This document shows positions 45,019-59,432 of a stretch of 64,000 nt of DNA, in pieces. The stretch comes from Methanothermococcus sp. Ax23 (GTDB taxonomy: Archaea > AGJL01 > Methanococci > Methanococcales > Methanococcaceae): the NCBI RefSeq assembly GCF_049075655.1, contig NZ_CP157522.1, positions 640,001-704,000 of the forward strand, given 5' to 3'. A model generated the notes under the pieces. It made no database searches and was not told where the DNA came from. It saw nothing but the letters and a program-made list of their open reading frames with translations. How positions within the stretch are numbered: the first letter of the stretch is position 1; each line of letters opens with the position of its first letter. The position numbers were made by a program, and so were the translations under genes.

Positions 45019-46131
45019 TTATTTATCCTTTTCTTTTTCTTTTATTATTTCTTTTTTATTTTGATGTTTATTTATATTATAGCATAAATAGTCCAAGGGG
45101 TGAATTATTTTAGGTTTTCCATTCTCGTTTCTCATTCTGCAAATACTATCAGGTTTGCAATAATAACTAAGCCCCTTTCCGCCATCTTCCTTCCAGTTCT
45201 TGCAGTATTCACAATGAGTAATATGGGTTGCTACCTTATAGCCGATATTGTGGCTTATATAGTATTTTGTCCTATCCACATCAAAATCTCCCACTGTGTT
45301 AAATATACTTACAACTTCATTTAAAAAATTCTCTATTTCATCATCCTTTGCAATATCTAATGCACCAATATTTACCAGTTCCCCATTTTCAATTGGTCTT
45401 AAATTTGGATTAAATTTTGCACAGAACCAATATACAACAAAGCTTCTTCTTGCATAGTGGGATGGAGAACCGCCGCTTAGTATGTCGTCCAATATTCCTC
45501 TAATACATGGTGGATGCCATTCCTTTGGAATGTCGCCTTTGAATCCAGATATTTTAATGCCTTCGACGCCTTCGAACTTTACAATACTTCCTATAAAATT
45601 AATAATCTCTTTTATTTTTTCGTTGTTTTTTACTTCTTTTGGGAGCTCATGTAGTCTTATTCTTTCAACCATTTCTTTAAGTTTAACTCGTAGGAGCTCT
45701 ATGGCGTAGGTTTCTTTTATGGTTTTTCCATTAGATGCCATTTTATTTGGCAGATGCACATAACCATTGTCTAGCCACATTCTTTCTAAATGTAAATCGT
45801 TATTTCTAGATTGAGAAGCGATATTTATGAATTCCCAGACGTTGATTTTGTTGGGTATTGTGCAAGCAATTTTTTTGTAATTTTTTTCGGAATATTTTTT
45901 AATGTAAATATTATAATATTTAGTATGAGCAATTATAATAAGTGTTAAACGATTAATTAATGCGTCTGCGGGGTCTTTATGACTGCCTAAGTTTCTATTT
46001 AGGAAATCGTAATATGAATTATCATCTTCGAATATATATTGTAGTAAATATTTTATCAATTTAACATTGAGGTTGGTTAGTTCTTCAAGAAAATTTAAAT
46101 CTTTTAACACGTCAAATTCTTCCCAAAACAT
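45019..46131 (-). CDS. priL: DNA primase large subunit
   Basis: HPPCIRGIL, SHYARR, KTKYYISH-like segment and Cys-rich C-terminus (Fe-S domain); directly upstream of DP1. Start set to MFWEEF. Confidence 0.8.
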   Translation of the reverse strand: MFWEEFDVLKDLNFLEELTNLNVKLIKYLLQYIFEDDNSYYDFLNRNLGSHKDPADALINRLTLIIIAHTKYYNIYIKKYSEKNYKKIACTIPNKINVWEFINIASQSRNNDLHLERMWLDNGYVHLPNKMASNGKTIKETYAIELLRVKLKEMVERIRLHELPKEVKNNEKIKEIINFIGSIVKFEGVEGIKISGFKGDIPKEWHPPCIRGILDDILSGGSPSHYARRSFVVYWFCAKFNPNLRPIENGELVNIGALDIAKDDEIENFLNEVVSIFNTVGDFDVDRTKYYISHNIGYKVATHITHCEYCKNWKEDGGKGLSYYCKPDSICRMRNENGKPKIIHPLDYLCYNINKHQNKKEIIKEKEKDK

Positions 46132-46231
46132 AAATACTACACCAAAAATAATATTACTATGGTAGTATCTAATTATCATCTGCTTTATTATTTATAATTT
46201 ATTTATATTTATTACAATTACGGTGATGTTT

Positions 46232-47689
46232 ATGAATGATAATAATATTTTAAGAAGAGGACGACTTGGGAACTCCGTAAAAGAGGATGTGATGCTATAT
46301 ACTACAAGCCTAAGTTTTGATAAAGAAATATTTGAAAGCGACATACTTTGCGATATTGCCCATACAAAGATGTTGATGGAAAAAAATATTATTTCAGAGG
46401 AAGATGGCAACAAAATAATAAAGGAATTAATAAATATCTTTAAAAATGGAATGGAATCTTTAAATTTAGACCCTTCCCTTGATGATATACACATGGTAAT
46501 TGAAAGTGAGCTCATAAAAAAACTTGGTGAGGATGTTGCAGGAAGGATGCACACGGGAAGAAGTAGAAATGATGAGGTTGCAACAGATTTAAGAATGGCA
46601 CTTAGGGAAAAAATACTTCAAATACTAAAACAGCTAATAAATATGGAAAAAAACATTTTAAAACTTGCAGAAAAGCATAAAGAGACACTTACAATAGGAT
46701 ATACCCATTTACAACACGCACAACCGACAACTTATGCACATCATCTTTTAAGTTATGTTTCAGCAATAGAAAGGGACATTTTAAGGTTATTGGATGCATA
46801 CAAGAGGATAAACATTTCACCACTCGGATGTGGGGCAATGGCAACAACAGGTTTTGACATAGATAGAAAAAGAACAATGGAACTTTTAGGATTTGATAAC
46901 ATCATAGAAAATTCAATGGATGGAGTTTCTGCAAGGGATTTCATAGTGGAAACAATGTCCTGCCTGTCAATGTTGGGAACAAACTTATCAAAGATTTGTG
47001 AAGAGATGGTGCTGTTTTCAACCTATGAGTTTGGAACTATTGAGATAGCCAATGAATATACTTCAACCTCATCAATAATGCCACAGAAAAAGAATCCTGA
47101 TGTTGCGGAGATTGCAAGGGCAAAGTTATCAACATTAAATGGAAATTTAATTAGTGTTTTAACTATATTAAAGGCACTTCCAAATACATACAACAGAGAT
47201 TTGCAAGAAATAAGCCCTCATTTATGGAAAAGCGTCTATACGACCATTGATACAATAAATATGGTTGATGGAATGATTTCAACATTGAAGGTGAATACTG
47301 ATAGAATGAAAGAACTGGCAGAAAAGAATTACTCCACAGCAACGGAGCTCGCAGATACTCTTGTGAGGGAGTGCGGTATTCCATTTAGAACAGCTCATGG
47401 AATTGTTGGGGAGGTTGTAAGGATATCAATTGAAAGAAATAAAAATATGGATGAGGTAATTGGTGAGGTTTTGGATAGATATGGTTTAGAGCTCGACAAA
47501 TCGATGATAGAAAAGGCACTTAATCCTATGGAAAATGTAAAGATGAGAAAGGTTATTGGAGGTCCAGCACCTGAGGAGGTTGAAAGGGCGATAAATTCTT
47601 ATAAAAATAGAATAAACAATTACGAAAAAGAAATAAATGAGAAGATTGGGAAGATTGAAAAAATTAAGAAAGAGTTATTAAATTTATAA
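46232..47689 (+). CDS. argH: Argininosuccinate lyase
   Basis: HTGRSRNDEV, GYTHLQHAQP, SSIMPQKKNPD, PFRTAHGIVG. Confidence 0.96.
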   Translation: MNDNNILRRGRLGNSVKEDVMLYTTSLSFDKEIFESDILCDIAHTKMLMEKNIISEEDGNKIIKELINIFKNGMESLNLDPSLDDIHMVIESELIKKLGEDVAGRMHTGRSRNDEVATDLRMALREKILQILKQLINMEKNILKLAEKHKETLTIGYTHLQHAQPTTYAHHLLSYVSAIERDILRLLDAYKRINISPLGCGAMATTGFDIDRKRTMELLGFDNIIENSMDGVSARDFIVETMSCLSMLGTNLSKICEEMVLFSTYEFGTIEIANEYTSTSSIMPQKKNPDVAEIARAKLSTLNGNLISVLTILKALPNTYNRDLQEISPHLWKSVYTTIDTINMVDGMISTLKVNTDRMKELAEKNYSTATELADTLVRECGIPFRTAHGIVGEVVRISIERNKNMDEVIGEVLDRYGLELDKSMIEKALNPMENVKMRKVIGGPAPEEVERAINSYKNRINNYEKEINEKIGKIEKIKKELLNL

Positions 47690-47711
47690 AATTATTAATT
47701 TTTTCACCATT

Positions 47712-48773
47712 TTATTTTGAGTCAATAATGGCATTAATAATATATTCATCAGATATTCTTTTAGCATCCTTTGAACAAAAGTCGATTCTTAATGTTTTGC
47801 TTGCACCTGGCATTCCTGCGGCCGTAATTGTGATTATTCCATAGTTTTCAAGCATATTCAATGCGATATTGATATATTCGTCTTCCGAAAGATTTTTGAT
47901 AATAAATCCTGTTGGGGTTCTTTCACATTCAAAACCTGCATTGGCCAATGGATTTAAGTCAATATTTTCTGCTCTTTTCAATGCCTCTTTTAAATTATCA
48001 AGTTTAAAGTTTTTTAGTGCATTTATCATTGCAGCCAAAATTGGTGCCTGAGCTTCTAAACCAAATTTTAAACCTTCATTGTATATCTTATCAACTAATT
48101 CTTTTTTTCCACATAATAGGCCTGCCCTTGGACCATTCATTAATTTATCAGTGCTTGTAACTGCCAAATCTGCATTAAGTTCAAGTGCTGGTGGCTGGTT
48201 GTATAATAATCTTAATCTTGCACCAGAGGCATCATCTATGAATACAATACTATTTTTTTCATTACAGCAAGATATTATTTTTTTCAAATCCTCTAAATCG
48301 ACAATTTTATGGTCCATTGTAGCTCCTGTGATGATTGTTAGGGTTTTTTCATTTATCTTATTTAATATTTCATCCACATCGTCGCTTTCAAAGTAGTCGA
48401 GGTTAAATATTTTGCAACTTCTTGGGATTGATGGATGAGATGGTTTTTTTGGAACATAATGAATTACATTTTTAACAGTATTTGATAGTGCCATTATTGT
48501 GGAGAATATTGCCGCAGATGTCCTGTTAAATCCTACTGCTTTGTGGATAGTAGGAGCTCCTCCAAAGTGTAAAACCCCCACTTCGTTTAATTTTTCTGAA
48601 AATATTGCCGGACCAACATATGTTTCTAAGAGCTCCATATCTGTTTTGGGAATTTCAAATCCCCCAGCAATGCCTGTGAGGTCGTATAAATGTTTTCTTC
48701 CTTTTTCCGTTATGACGCCCCGTATTAATGCTCTGGCTTTTTCCAATCTATTTAATTCAGATATATTTTTCAT
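47712..48773 (-). CDS. PLP-dependent SelA-like protein (MJ0158 family)
   Basis: [19 protein letters not shown] (PLP lysine), FNRTSAA. Confidence 0.8.
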   Translation of the reverse strand: MKNISELNRLEKARALIRGVITEKGRKHLYDLTGIAGGFEIPKTDMELLETYVGPAIFSEKLNEVGVLHFGGAPTIHKAVGFNRTSAAIFSTIMALSNTVKNVIHYVPKKPSHPSIPRSCKIFNLDYFESDDVDEILNKINEKTLTIITGATMDHKIVDLEDLKKIISCCNEKNSIVFIDDASGARLRLLYNQPPALELNADLAVTSTDKLMNGPRAGLLCGKKELVDKIYNEGLKFGLEAQAPILAAMINALKNFKLDNLKEALKRAENIDLNPLANAGFECERTPTGFIIKNLSEDEYINIALNMLENYGIITITAAGMPGASKTLRIDFCSKDAKRISDEYIINAIIDSK

Positions 48774-48861
48774 AATATCACCAAAAAATTGGAAGATTTA
48801 ACTATTATATAATGTAGAAGGATAAAAATTGTAAAAATAATATTTAATAAGAAAAAAGGTA

Positions 48862-49140
48862 TTAACCTGCACCACAGGCATCTACATTTGTATCAACACC
48901 TGATATGTTTTCTTTTTCGAGTATTTCTTCTATTTCTTTCTCATCAATTTCTTTTTCTTTTTTCTCTTCAAATTCAATAATTTCTAATGTATTTGGTTTA
49001 TACATTAAATTATTGTCTAATAGCACCCATTCCGTATTATCTTCTTTTTTTATGTCTTTGACAATGCCCTTGGTTCCTGTGTTAATGTATTTTACATAAG
49101 AGCCTATTGTAATTTCTTTATGGTTTATGTCAAATGCCAT
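48862..49140 (-). CDS. DUF2098 family protein (methanogen-specific)
   Basis: IGSYVKYINTGTKGIV...WVLLD...C-terminal ACGAG. Start set to MAFDIN after GGTGA; the ORF-track extension lies in the rRNA leader. Confidence 0.75.
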   Translation of the reverse strand: MAFDINHKEITIGSYVKYINTGTKGIVKDIKKEDNTEWVLLDNNLMYKPNTLEIIEFEEKKEKEIDEKEIEEILEKENISGVDTNVDACGAG

Positions 49141-49373
49141 AATATCACCAATTAATAATACGATATGGTTTAATAAATAATATTGTTCCAAACCTAAAAA
49201 CAATACATCATCCAAACCACCATCATATTATGCAGTCAATGATAGCCTGAGAGAAAAGGAGCTCAGGTTTGATGTAAGCCCGCAACCAAGTGATACTTAG
49301 TAACGACCGAGTCAATTCCAAAAACTTTTTGACCGACTCCAAAGAGTATTTGCTAAGCTATGCTTAGCAAATA

Positions 49374-50844
<1,471 letters not shown>

Positions 50845-50891
50845 GAAAAAAAGGTCGTTACTAAGCACTAAATGGTTGCGGGCTGAGGATT

Positions 50892-50964
<73 letters not shown>

Positions 50965-51064
50965 TAACGAGGTTCATAATCCTCACGGGTTATGAACTGA
51001 AACCTGATTTAAGATGATGGTTGTGCATAAGCCCCTATATCTGGTGATATCCAAGTATCCCATA

Positions 51065-54035
<2,971 letters not shown>

Positions 54036-54385
54036 GGGATACTTGGACACTTAAAGATATAGGGGCTTATGCATCGGGGAAAAATATATTTTTTTTAAAC
54101 ATATAATCCATATATATTAATATACGAATTTATAATATATCTATTTTAACAGCATATATATTTAGATTAAAGTTTAAATACAACGGAGCTCCTATAAATT
54201 TTGTATGATTCTATTTTGAAGAAATAGTTTAGCTACAATAATTATTTTATATTCATAATTTTGAATTTTAAAACTTAGAAGAAAGGAATTTATAAAATTC
54301 TAATAATCAGCATCATGAGATATTATTATTGAAAATTTTAAAAAAAAGAAGAAAAATAGATAAAAAAGAAAAAAAGATAAATATT

Positions 54386-55801
54386 TTATTTTTTCTTAGG
54401 CTTTTCAGTTTCTCTCATAATTATTATTTTTTCCGCTTTAATAGTGGCATTTTTTAATATTATTTTTACATTATGTGGAAGCCCTCCAAATCCAGTAGGT
54501 AAGTTCATAGTAGAAACAGACATTTCGGTTTCTTCATCTCCGTATAATTCTTCTCTTTCAACTTCTTCTTCATCCGTTCCAACTTCTTCTTCCATACTTC
54601 CCCAGTTTTCAACAACAGGGTGGTTTTTATTTTTTAAGAACTCCTGCAACTCAGTTATGTTTGATACGTCTTCTTCTGTTGCTATTTTATCAATCATTTC
54701 TTCTAAAATTCCGTCTTTTACTTTCTCCTTTAATTCCTTAGGCAACCAGACAACTCTTTTCCAACCTCCATCTGCTTGGAAGAATTTAGGGGATTTCATA
54801 TATGATATACTCATACCACAGAATCCCTCAACCTGTCTTCCTCCACTACATTGACCAGCAAGTGCTGAGAATGGAACTCCGATTGGTGTTTCTCCTTTAT
54901 AACTTCTATCCACTATTCCAAACCCATCAACTTCTGGAATATAGAAGGTAATTGCCTCAAAACAACCACAAGATGTCGAAGGTCTATCCATAACACTGTG
55001 TAATGTCATCGCCTCAATGGCCCCCTGGGACCTCTCGTAAATTACATCATTTACTGCATCATATATACCCTTATTTTCATCTAAACAATTTCCTTTTGGG
55101 ATTTCAAATATTGGACCCTCAGGGTCAATTTTAGATGCTGCCCTTGCATCGAAATAATTTATTCCACCACATAATGCAGGCTTATCTGGTGTAATCACAC
55201 AGACATGCGTTGGAGCAAAACTCTGACACATAATACATCCATAGAATACATCAACATCTTCTTCATGTAAATTTTTTGTTTTTTCGTCTCTTTTAGCATA
55301 TATTTCTCTTGCTTTTTCGAGCTCATCCTTGACTACATCTGGTTCAGTTATTAATTTAACCTCAACGTGTTTGATAAATGGAAATTCTGCTTTATATATG
55401 TCTTGAATTACCTTACCAATATGTTTTAATTTCAAACCTTTTTCTGCGGAATCTTTATTAATTCTAATCCAAACGCTATCTCTCTGGTTTAAGTGCATAA
55501 CTCCTTCTATATAGTTAAATATTTCATGAATTCTTCTTTCTAAAACTCCTTCTAAATCTTCTTCTAAGGATTCTCCACCAACATTAACTATTACTGCGAA
55601 TGGTGTTCTACTGCCTTCTTCCATTTCGTCGAGCTCCTTCCCTATGACATGGATTTTATCAGAAGCATTATCTACAACCCTGACCAATTCAAAACCATAA
55701 GATTTGGGGCCCGCCAATTCAGCAAACATGTCAGGTCCTCTGACTCTCTCCCCTTCGTTCATTGGACCTACCGAAACAGGAATTTCTATATTTTCAGCCA
55801 T
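54386..55801 (-). CDS. cdhC: Acetyl-CoA synthase beta subunit, short archaeal type
   Basis: GVMHLNQRD, FYGCIMCQSFAPTHVC, ALCGG, TSCGCFE (A-cluster ligands). Confidence 0.92.
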   Translation of the reverse strand: MAENIEIPVSVGPMNEGERVRGPDMFAELAGPKSYGFELVRVVDNASDKIHVIGKELDEMEEGSRTPFAVIVNVGGESLEEDLEGVLERRIHEIFNYIEGVMHLNQRDSVWIRINKDSAEKGLKLKHIGKVIQDIYKAEFPFIKHVEVKLITEPDVVKDELEKAREIYAKRDEKTKNLHEEDVDVFYGCIMCQSFAPTHVCVITPDKPALCGGINYFDARAASKIDPEGPIFEIPKGNCLDENKGIYDAVNDVIYERSQGAIEAMTLHSVMDRPSTSCGCFEAITFYIPEVDGFGIVDRSYKGETPIGVPFSALAGQCSGGRQVEGFCGMSISYMKSPKFFQADGGWKRVVWLPKELKEKVKDGILEEMIDKIATEEDVSNITELQEFLKNKNHPVVENWGSMEEEVGTDEEEVEREELYGDEETEMSVSTMNLPTGFGGLPHNVKIILKNATIKAEKIIIMRETEKPKKK

Positions 55802-55829
55802 TTTTTCACCATTGTCAATACAATATTAA

Positions 55830-55886
55830 AATTATCATTATTAATCATTATAATTTAAATATTTAATATATAGATATATATACCTT
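55830..55886 (-). promoter_or_regulatory. TATA box plus 28 bp operator-like element upstream of the short cdhC
   Basis: Minus strand AAGGTATATATATCT (55886-55872) followed by TAAATTATAATGATTAATAATGATAATT (55857-55830); both are identical upstream of cdhA. Confidence 0.72.
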
Positions 55887-56014
55887 ATTGTGAAAAAAAT
55901 TAAAAATTGTATTACCACTGTAAATAAACTAAAAGAGCTCAGATTAATATAAAATAAATTAGTATTTATAAAAAATTAAAAATTAATGTTATAAAATAAT
56001 AGATATTGTGTATT

Positions 56015-58276
56015 CTATTTTTTAGATTTGGATTTTCCAAGGTCTTCTCTTGTAATTATTAGCTCTTCTGCTTTTATTACTACATTTTTCAGTATTATTT
56101 TTACATTTGGTGGAAGCCCTCCAAATCCAGCAGGTAGGCTTATTGTAGGAATGGTTATTTCAGATTCGACTGGTGTATCAACAGGTTTTTCTTCCTTCTC
56201 CATATCTTCAACTGTTGCATTAATTTCTCCAATTTTTTCCATTACAGGATGTTTTTTATCCATCAAGAATTTTGCAAGTTCTTCTGTATTTGAAACATCC
56301 TTTTCTGTTGCTATTTTATCCCTTAATTCTTCTGGAATTGCATCATTAACTTTCTCTTTTAATTCCTCTGGAAGCCAAACGATTTTATCCCATCCTCCAT
56401 CTCCTTTTAAGAATCTTGGAGACCTCATGTATTCAATGGCTATTCCTACAAATCCTTCTACCTGCTTTCCACCACTGCACTGTCCAGCAATTGCAGAGAA
56501 TGGGAGACCATATGGAGTTTCTCCCTTAAAGTGTCTATGGACCACACCAAATCCATCCACATCAGGTATGTAAAATACAATTGCCTCAAAACAACCACAG
56601 GATGTGCATGGTTTTTCCATGGCACTATGGAGCGCAAATTCTTCAATAGCACCGCCTGACCTTTCCTGAGCAACTTTATTAACGCCCTCATATATTCCAA
56701 GTTTTTCATCTAAACATTCCCCTTTTGGAACTTCAAATATTGGTCCCTCAGGGTCCATCTTAGCCGCAGCTCTTGCATCAAAATAGCTTATACTACCACA
56801 AAGTGATGTTCTGTCTGGTGTAATCACACATACGTGGCTTGGTGCAAAGCTCTGACACATTACACATCCGTAAAATGTATCCACATCATCTTCACTTAGT
56901 GCCCGAGCTCTTGCATCTCTTTCCTTATACCTAACCTGTGCCATTTCAATAGCTTCTTTAACCTTTTCAGGTTCGGTAATAATTTTTACATTGCAGTTTT
57001 TAATTATTGGGAAGTGCCCCTTAAATAGAGTTCTTACAACCTCTCCGATGTGTTTCAATCTTAATCCTTTGCTGTAAGAATCTTTATTAATTCTAATCCA
57101 AACTTGGTCTCTCTGGTTTAAGTGCATAACTCCTTCTATGTAGTTTAAAAATTCATGCACTCTTCTTTCTAAAACTCCTTCAATATCTTCTTCAAGCCCT
57201 TCTCCACTTACTTCAACCACTATTGCAAATGGTATTCTGCTACCTGCTTCTATTTCATCAATATCCTTCCCAATGATTTCAACGCCATCCTCTGCATTTT
57301 CATTGACAAGAACAATTTCACAACCGTAGGATTTTGGACCAGCCAATTCTACCTGCATATCTGGTCCTCTAACTCTTTCCCCTTCGTTCATTGGGCCCAC
57401 TGAAACAGGCACATCAAATTCCGCAACTTTAACCTCGATTCCTTTCATCTTCAAAGCATTTTCTACAATATTTTCTATATCTGAGCTCTCCAATGCACCT
57501 TTTATTTCAGGCACAGGATTGTTTGTAATTACTGGAACTCCTGCTTTTATACAGCCCGCACCTGCGGCAAGGGTAATATCATCAACAGGACCCAATGCGA
57601 CTACAACAGCAGGAACTCTGTTTGTAATATATTCAATGATTTCTTCAGTTTTACCTGGCTCAATGCCACCGTATATAAGGGGAGCTCTTATTGCAAGGTT
57701 TGCGGCATGTATTGCAGATGTAATGCCATCACCAACTGGAACAAGGAGTTTATCCAATCCAAATTCTATTCCAGCCTCTTCCATTTCTTTAACAATGTCT
57801 CCAATAAATAACCCCAATATATTTCTTTTTTGAATATCTTCAATTAATTTTTTTAATTTTTCCTCATCACCCACTTTACCGATAACCACAAGTATTGCTG
57901 GAATTTTTCCTTCGACAAGTGGAACCCCCAAATCTCTTAAAACCTCATCTGGAATAAATCCTACATAGGGAGCTCCGTATGGATTTTCATTTTCTGCATA
58001 TTTTAATCCCTCAATAGCCTCAGCACATAATAATGTTTTAACCCCTACATCAAGGGCATTATCCAATGTGAGCTCTTCACTAATTTCAAGAGAATTAATT
58101 AATTCCCTCAACTGTTCAACATTCTCAATTTTTTTACCCAATAAACCATATATTATTGGAAGATTGTAATTTGTTGTGGGATATCCAACTTTTCTGTTTT
58201 CCTTATCAGCTAAAAGTTCTTTGGTTAAATTTAACACTGCCTTTCCGCCAGATATTATATTTTCAACTACCATCAT
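56015..58276 (-). CDS. cdhC: Acetyl-CoA synthase beta subunit, long form with AcsB-like N-terminal domain
   Basis: About 290 aa N-extension (VGYPTTNYNLPIIY, GFIPDEVLRDLGVPLV, RVPAVVVALG) plus a core with CVMCQSF and CTSCGCFE. Confidence 0.92.
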   Translation of the reverse strand: MMVVENIISGGKAVLNLTKELLADKENRKVGYPTTNYNLPIIYGLLGKKIENVEQLRELINSLEISEELTLDNALDVGVKTLLCAEAIEGLKYAENENPYGAPYVGFIPDEVLRDLGVPLVEGKIPAILVVIGKVGDEEKLKKLIEDIQKRNILGLFIGDIVKEMEEAGIEFGLDKLLVPVGDGITSAIHAANLAIRAPLIYGGIEPGKTEEIIEYITNRVPAVVVALGPVDDITLAAGAGCIKAGVPVITNNPVPEIKGALESSDIENIVENALKMKGIEVKVAEFDVPVSVGPMNEGERVRGPDMQVELAGPKSYGCEIVLVNENAEDGVEIIGKDIDEIEAGSRIPFAIVVEVSGEGLEEDIEGVLERRVHEFLNYIEGVMHLNQRDQVWIRINKDSYSKGLRLKHIGEVVRTLFKGHFPIIKNCNVKIITEPEKVKEAIEMAQVRYKERDARARALSEDDVDTFYGCVMCQSFAPSHVCVITPDRTSLCGSISYFDARAAAKMDPEGPIFEVPKGECLDEKLGIYEGVNKVAQERSGGAIEEFALHSAMEKPCTSCGCFEAIVFYIPDVDGFGVVHRHFKGETPYGLPFSAIAGQCSGGKQVEGFVGIAIEYMRSPRFLKGDGGWDKIVWLPEELKEKVNDAIPEELRDKIATEKDVSNTEELAKFLMDKKHPVMEKIGEINATVEDMEKEEKPVDTPVESEITIPTISLPAGFGGLPPNVKIILKNVVIKAEELIITREDLGKSKSKK

Positions 58277-58499
58277 TTCACCAATTTATGCAAATATATG
58301 AAAATTATTTACTGAACAATATAAAATCGAATAGTCATTTAAAAATCCTAAAAAATAATATAAATAATTGTTTAATAAATAAAATAAAATAATAAGAATA
58401 TTTAATAAAAAAATATACTATTATGTTAATATATTAAAAAATAATATACAGGATAAATAATATACAGGAGCTCATATCATAATATTATTAGAAATTAAT

Positions 58500-58955
58500 T
58501 TAAACTTCATCTCTCCATTCTTCTGATATTATTTTTATCAGTTTTTTTCTTCGGGCATCTTTAATCATATCAAGGCACTCATCGCAGATTAATTTTAAAG
58601 CATTATCCTTACATGCCTCTACACATGCAGGGGTGATTCTGTCAGCATCTAAACACAATGTGCATTTATGTGCCACCATTTCCTCAATATATATTGCTCC
58701 AATAGGGCAGGCAATTTCACACATTCCGCATCCTATACATCTTTCTTTATTTACAATAGGGATATTTTCTTTTAAGTATATTGCATTTACTGGGCAAATG
58801 TTCATACAAGGGGCACTTTCACACTGCATGCAGAATATTGGAACATTTCCTGCTTTTTTTACTCTACTAACTCCGTGAATTTCTTTACATTTATTTATAC
58901 AGTCATCACAATTTGTGCATTTTGAAGGGTCAAGAACTACCAGTTTTGGATTCAT
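58500..58955 (-). CDS. 4Fe-4S dicluster protein (CooF-like)
   Basis: CTNCDDCINKC, CMQCESAPCMNICP, CIGCGMCEIACP, KCTLC...PACVEAC. Confidence 0.9.
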   Translation of the reverse strand: MNPKLVVLDPSKCTNCDDCINKCKEIHGVSRVKKAGNVPIFCMQCESAPCMNICPVNAIYLKENIPIVNKERCIGCGMCEIACPIGAIYIEEMVAHKCTLCLDADRITPACVEACKDNALKLICDECLDMIKDARRKKLIKIISEEWRDEV

Positions 58956-58963
58956 AATCTCAC

Positions 58964-59398
58964 CTAAGGGGTATTAACAAGCATAACCAATCTTTTAAGT
59001 GCTTCAATATGTTCGTTTGTTTCCATATTTGGAAAGGAATAGTGGGCATTTGGATGGTAATATCTATCCAATGTTAAAGTTGTGCATTTTGAAAAATGCT
59101 TTAAGTGAGTGATTGCCTGAGCAAGGTAGTAATAGGTAATATCTGAAAATATGACTAAATCATGACCCTCATCAATTACCTTTTTTATAGCAGATAATAA
59201 ATTCATATCCCTTGGAGTGTATATTTTTTTTATATTTAGGTTCATTAAATATTCATTACACTCCTTCTTTGGCCCCAATATTATTATTGGGTTTTTGCTC
59301 CTTTTAATCATGCTCACAGCTATTTTTGTGCTCACAATCTCAGCATGATTTAAATTTGTTCCAGCAGTTGGTTGATATGGTGTGGTTTTTCCAATCAT
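58964..59398 (-). CDS. cdhB: CODH/ACS epsilon subunit
   Basis: MIKRSKNPIIILG, ITYYYLAQ...LKHF, YHPNAHYSFPN; directly downstream of cdhA. Confidence 0.9.
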   Translation of the reverse strand: MIGKTTPYQPTAGTNLNHAEIVSTKIAVSMIKRSKNPIIILGPKKECNEYLMNLNIKKIYTPRDMNLLSAIKKVIDEGHDLVIFSDITYYYLAQAITHLKHFSKCTTLTLDRYYHPNAHYSFPNMETNEHIEALKRLVMLVNTP

Positions 59399-59432
59399 AG
59401 TTTCACCAAAAAATTATAATTAATATTGATAT

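Noticed and set aside
47712-48773. SelA-like gene as a selenocysteine system; in-frame UGA or SECIS nearby
   Set aside because: Archaea make Sec via PSTK/SepSecS; I saw no UGA-interrupted gene or convincing SECIS here.
49347-49373. Perfect 12 bp hairpin TATTTGCTAAGC-TAT-GCTTAGCAAATA
   Set aside because: Part of the pre-16S leader, present in both operons; ordinary processing structure.
58441-58469. Tandem ATAATATACAGGA duplication
   Set aside because: Two short copies in AT-rich DNA, consistent with slippage; no other copies seen.
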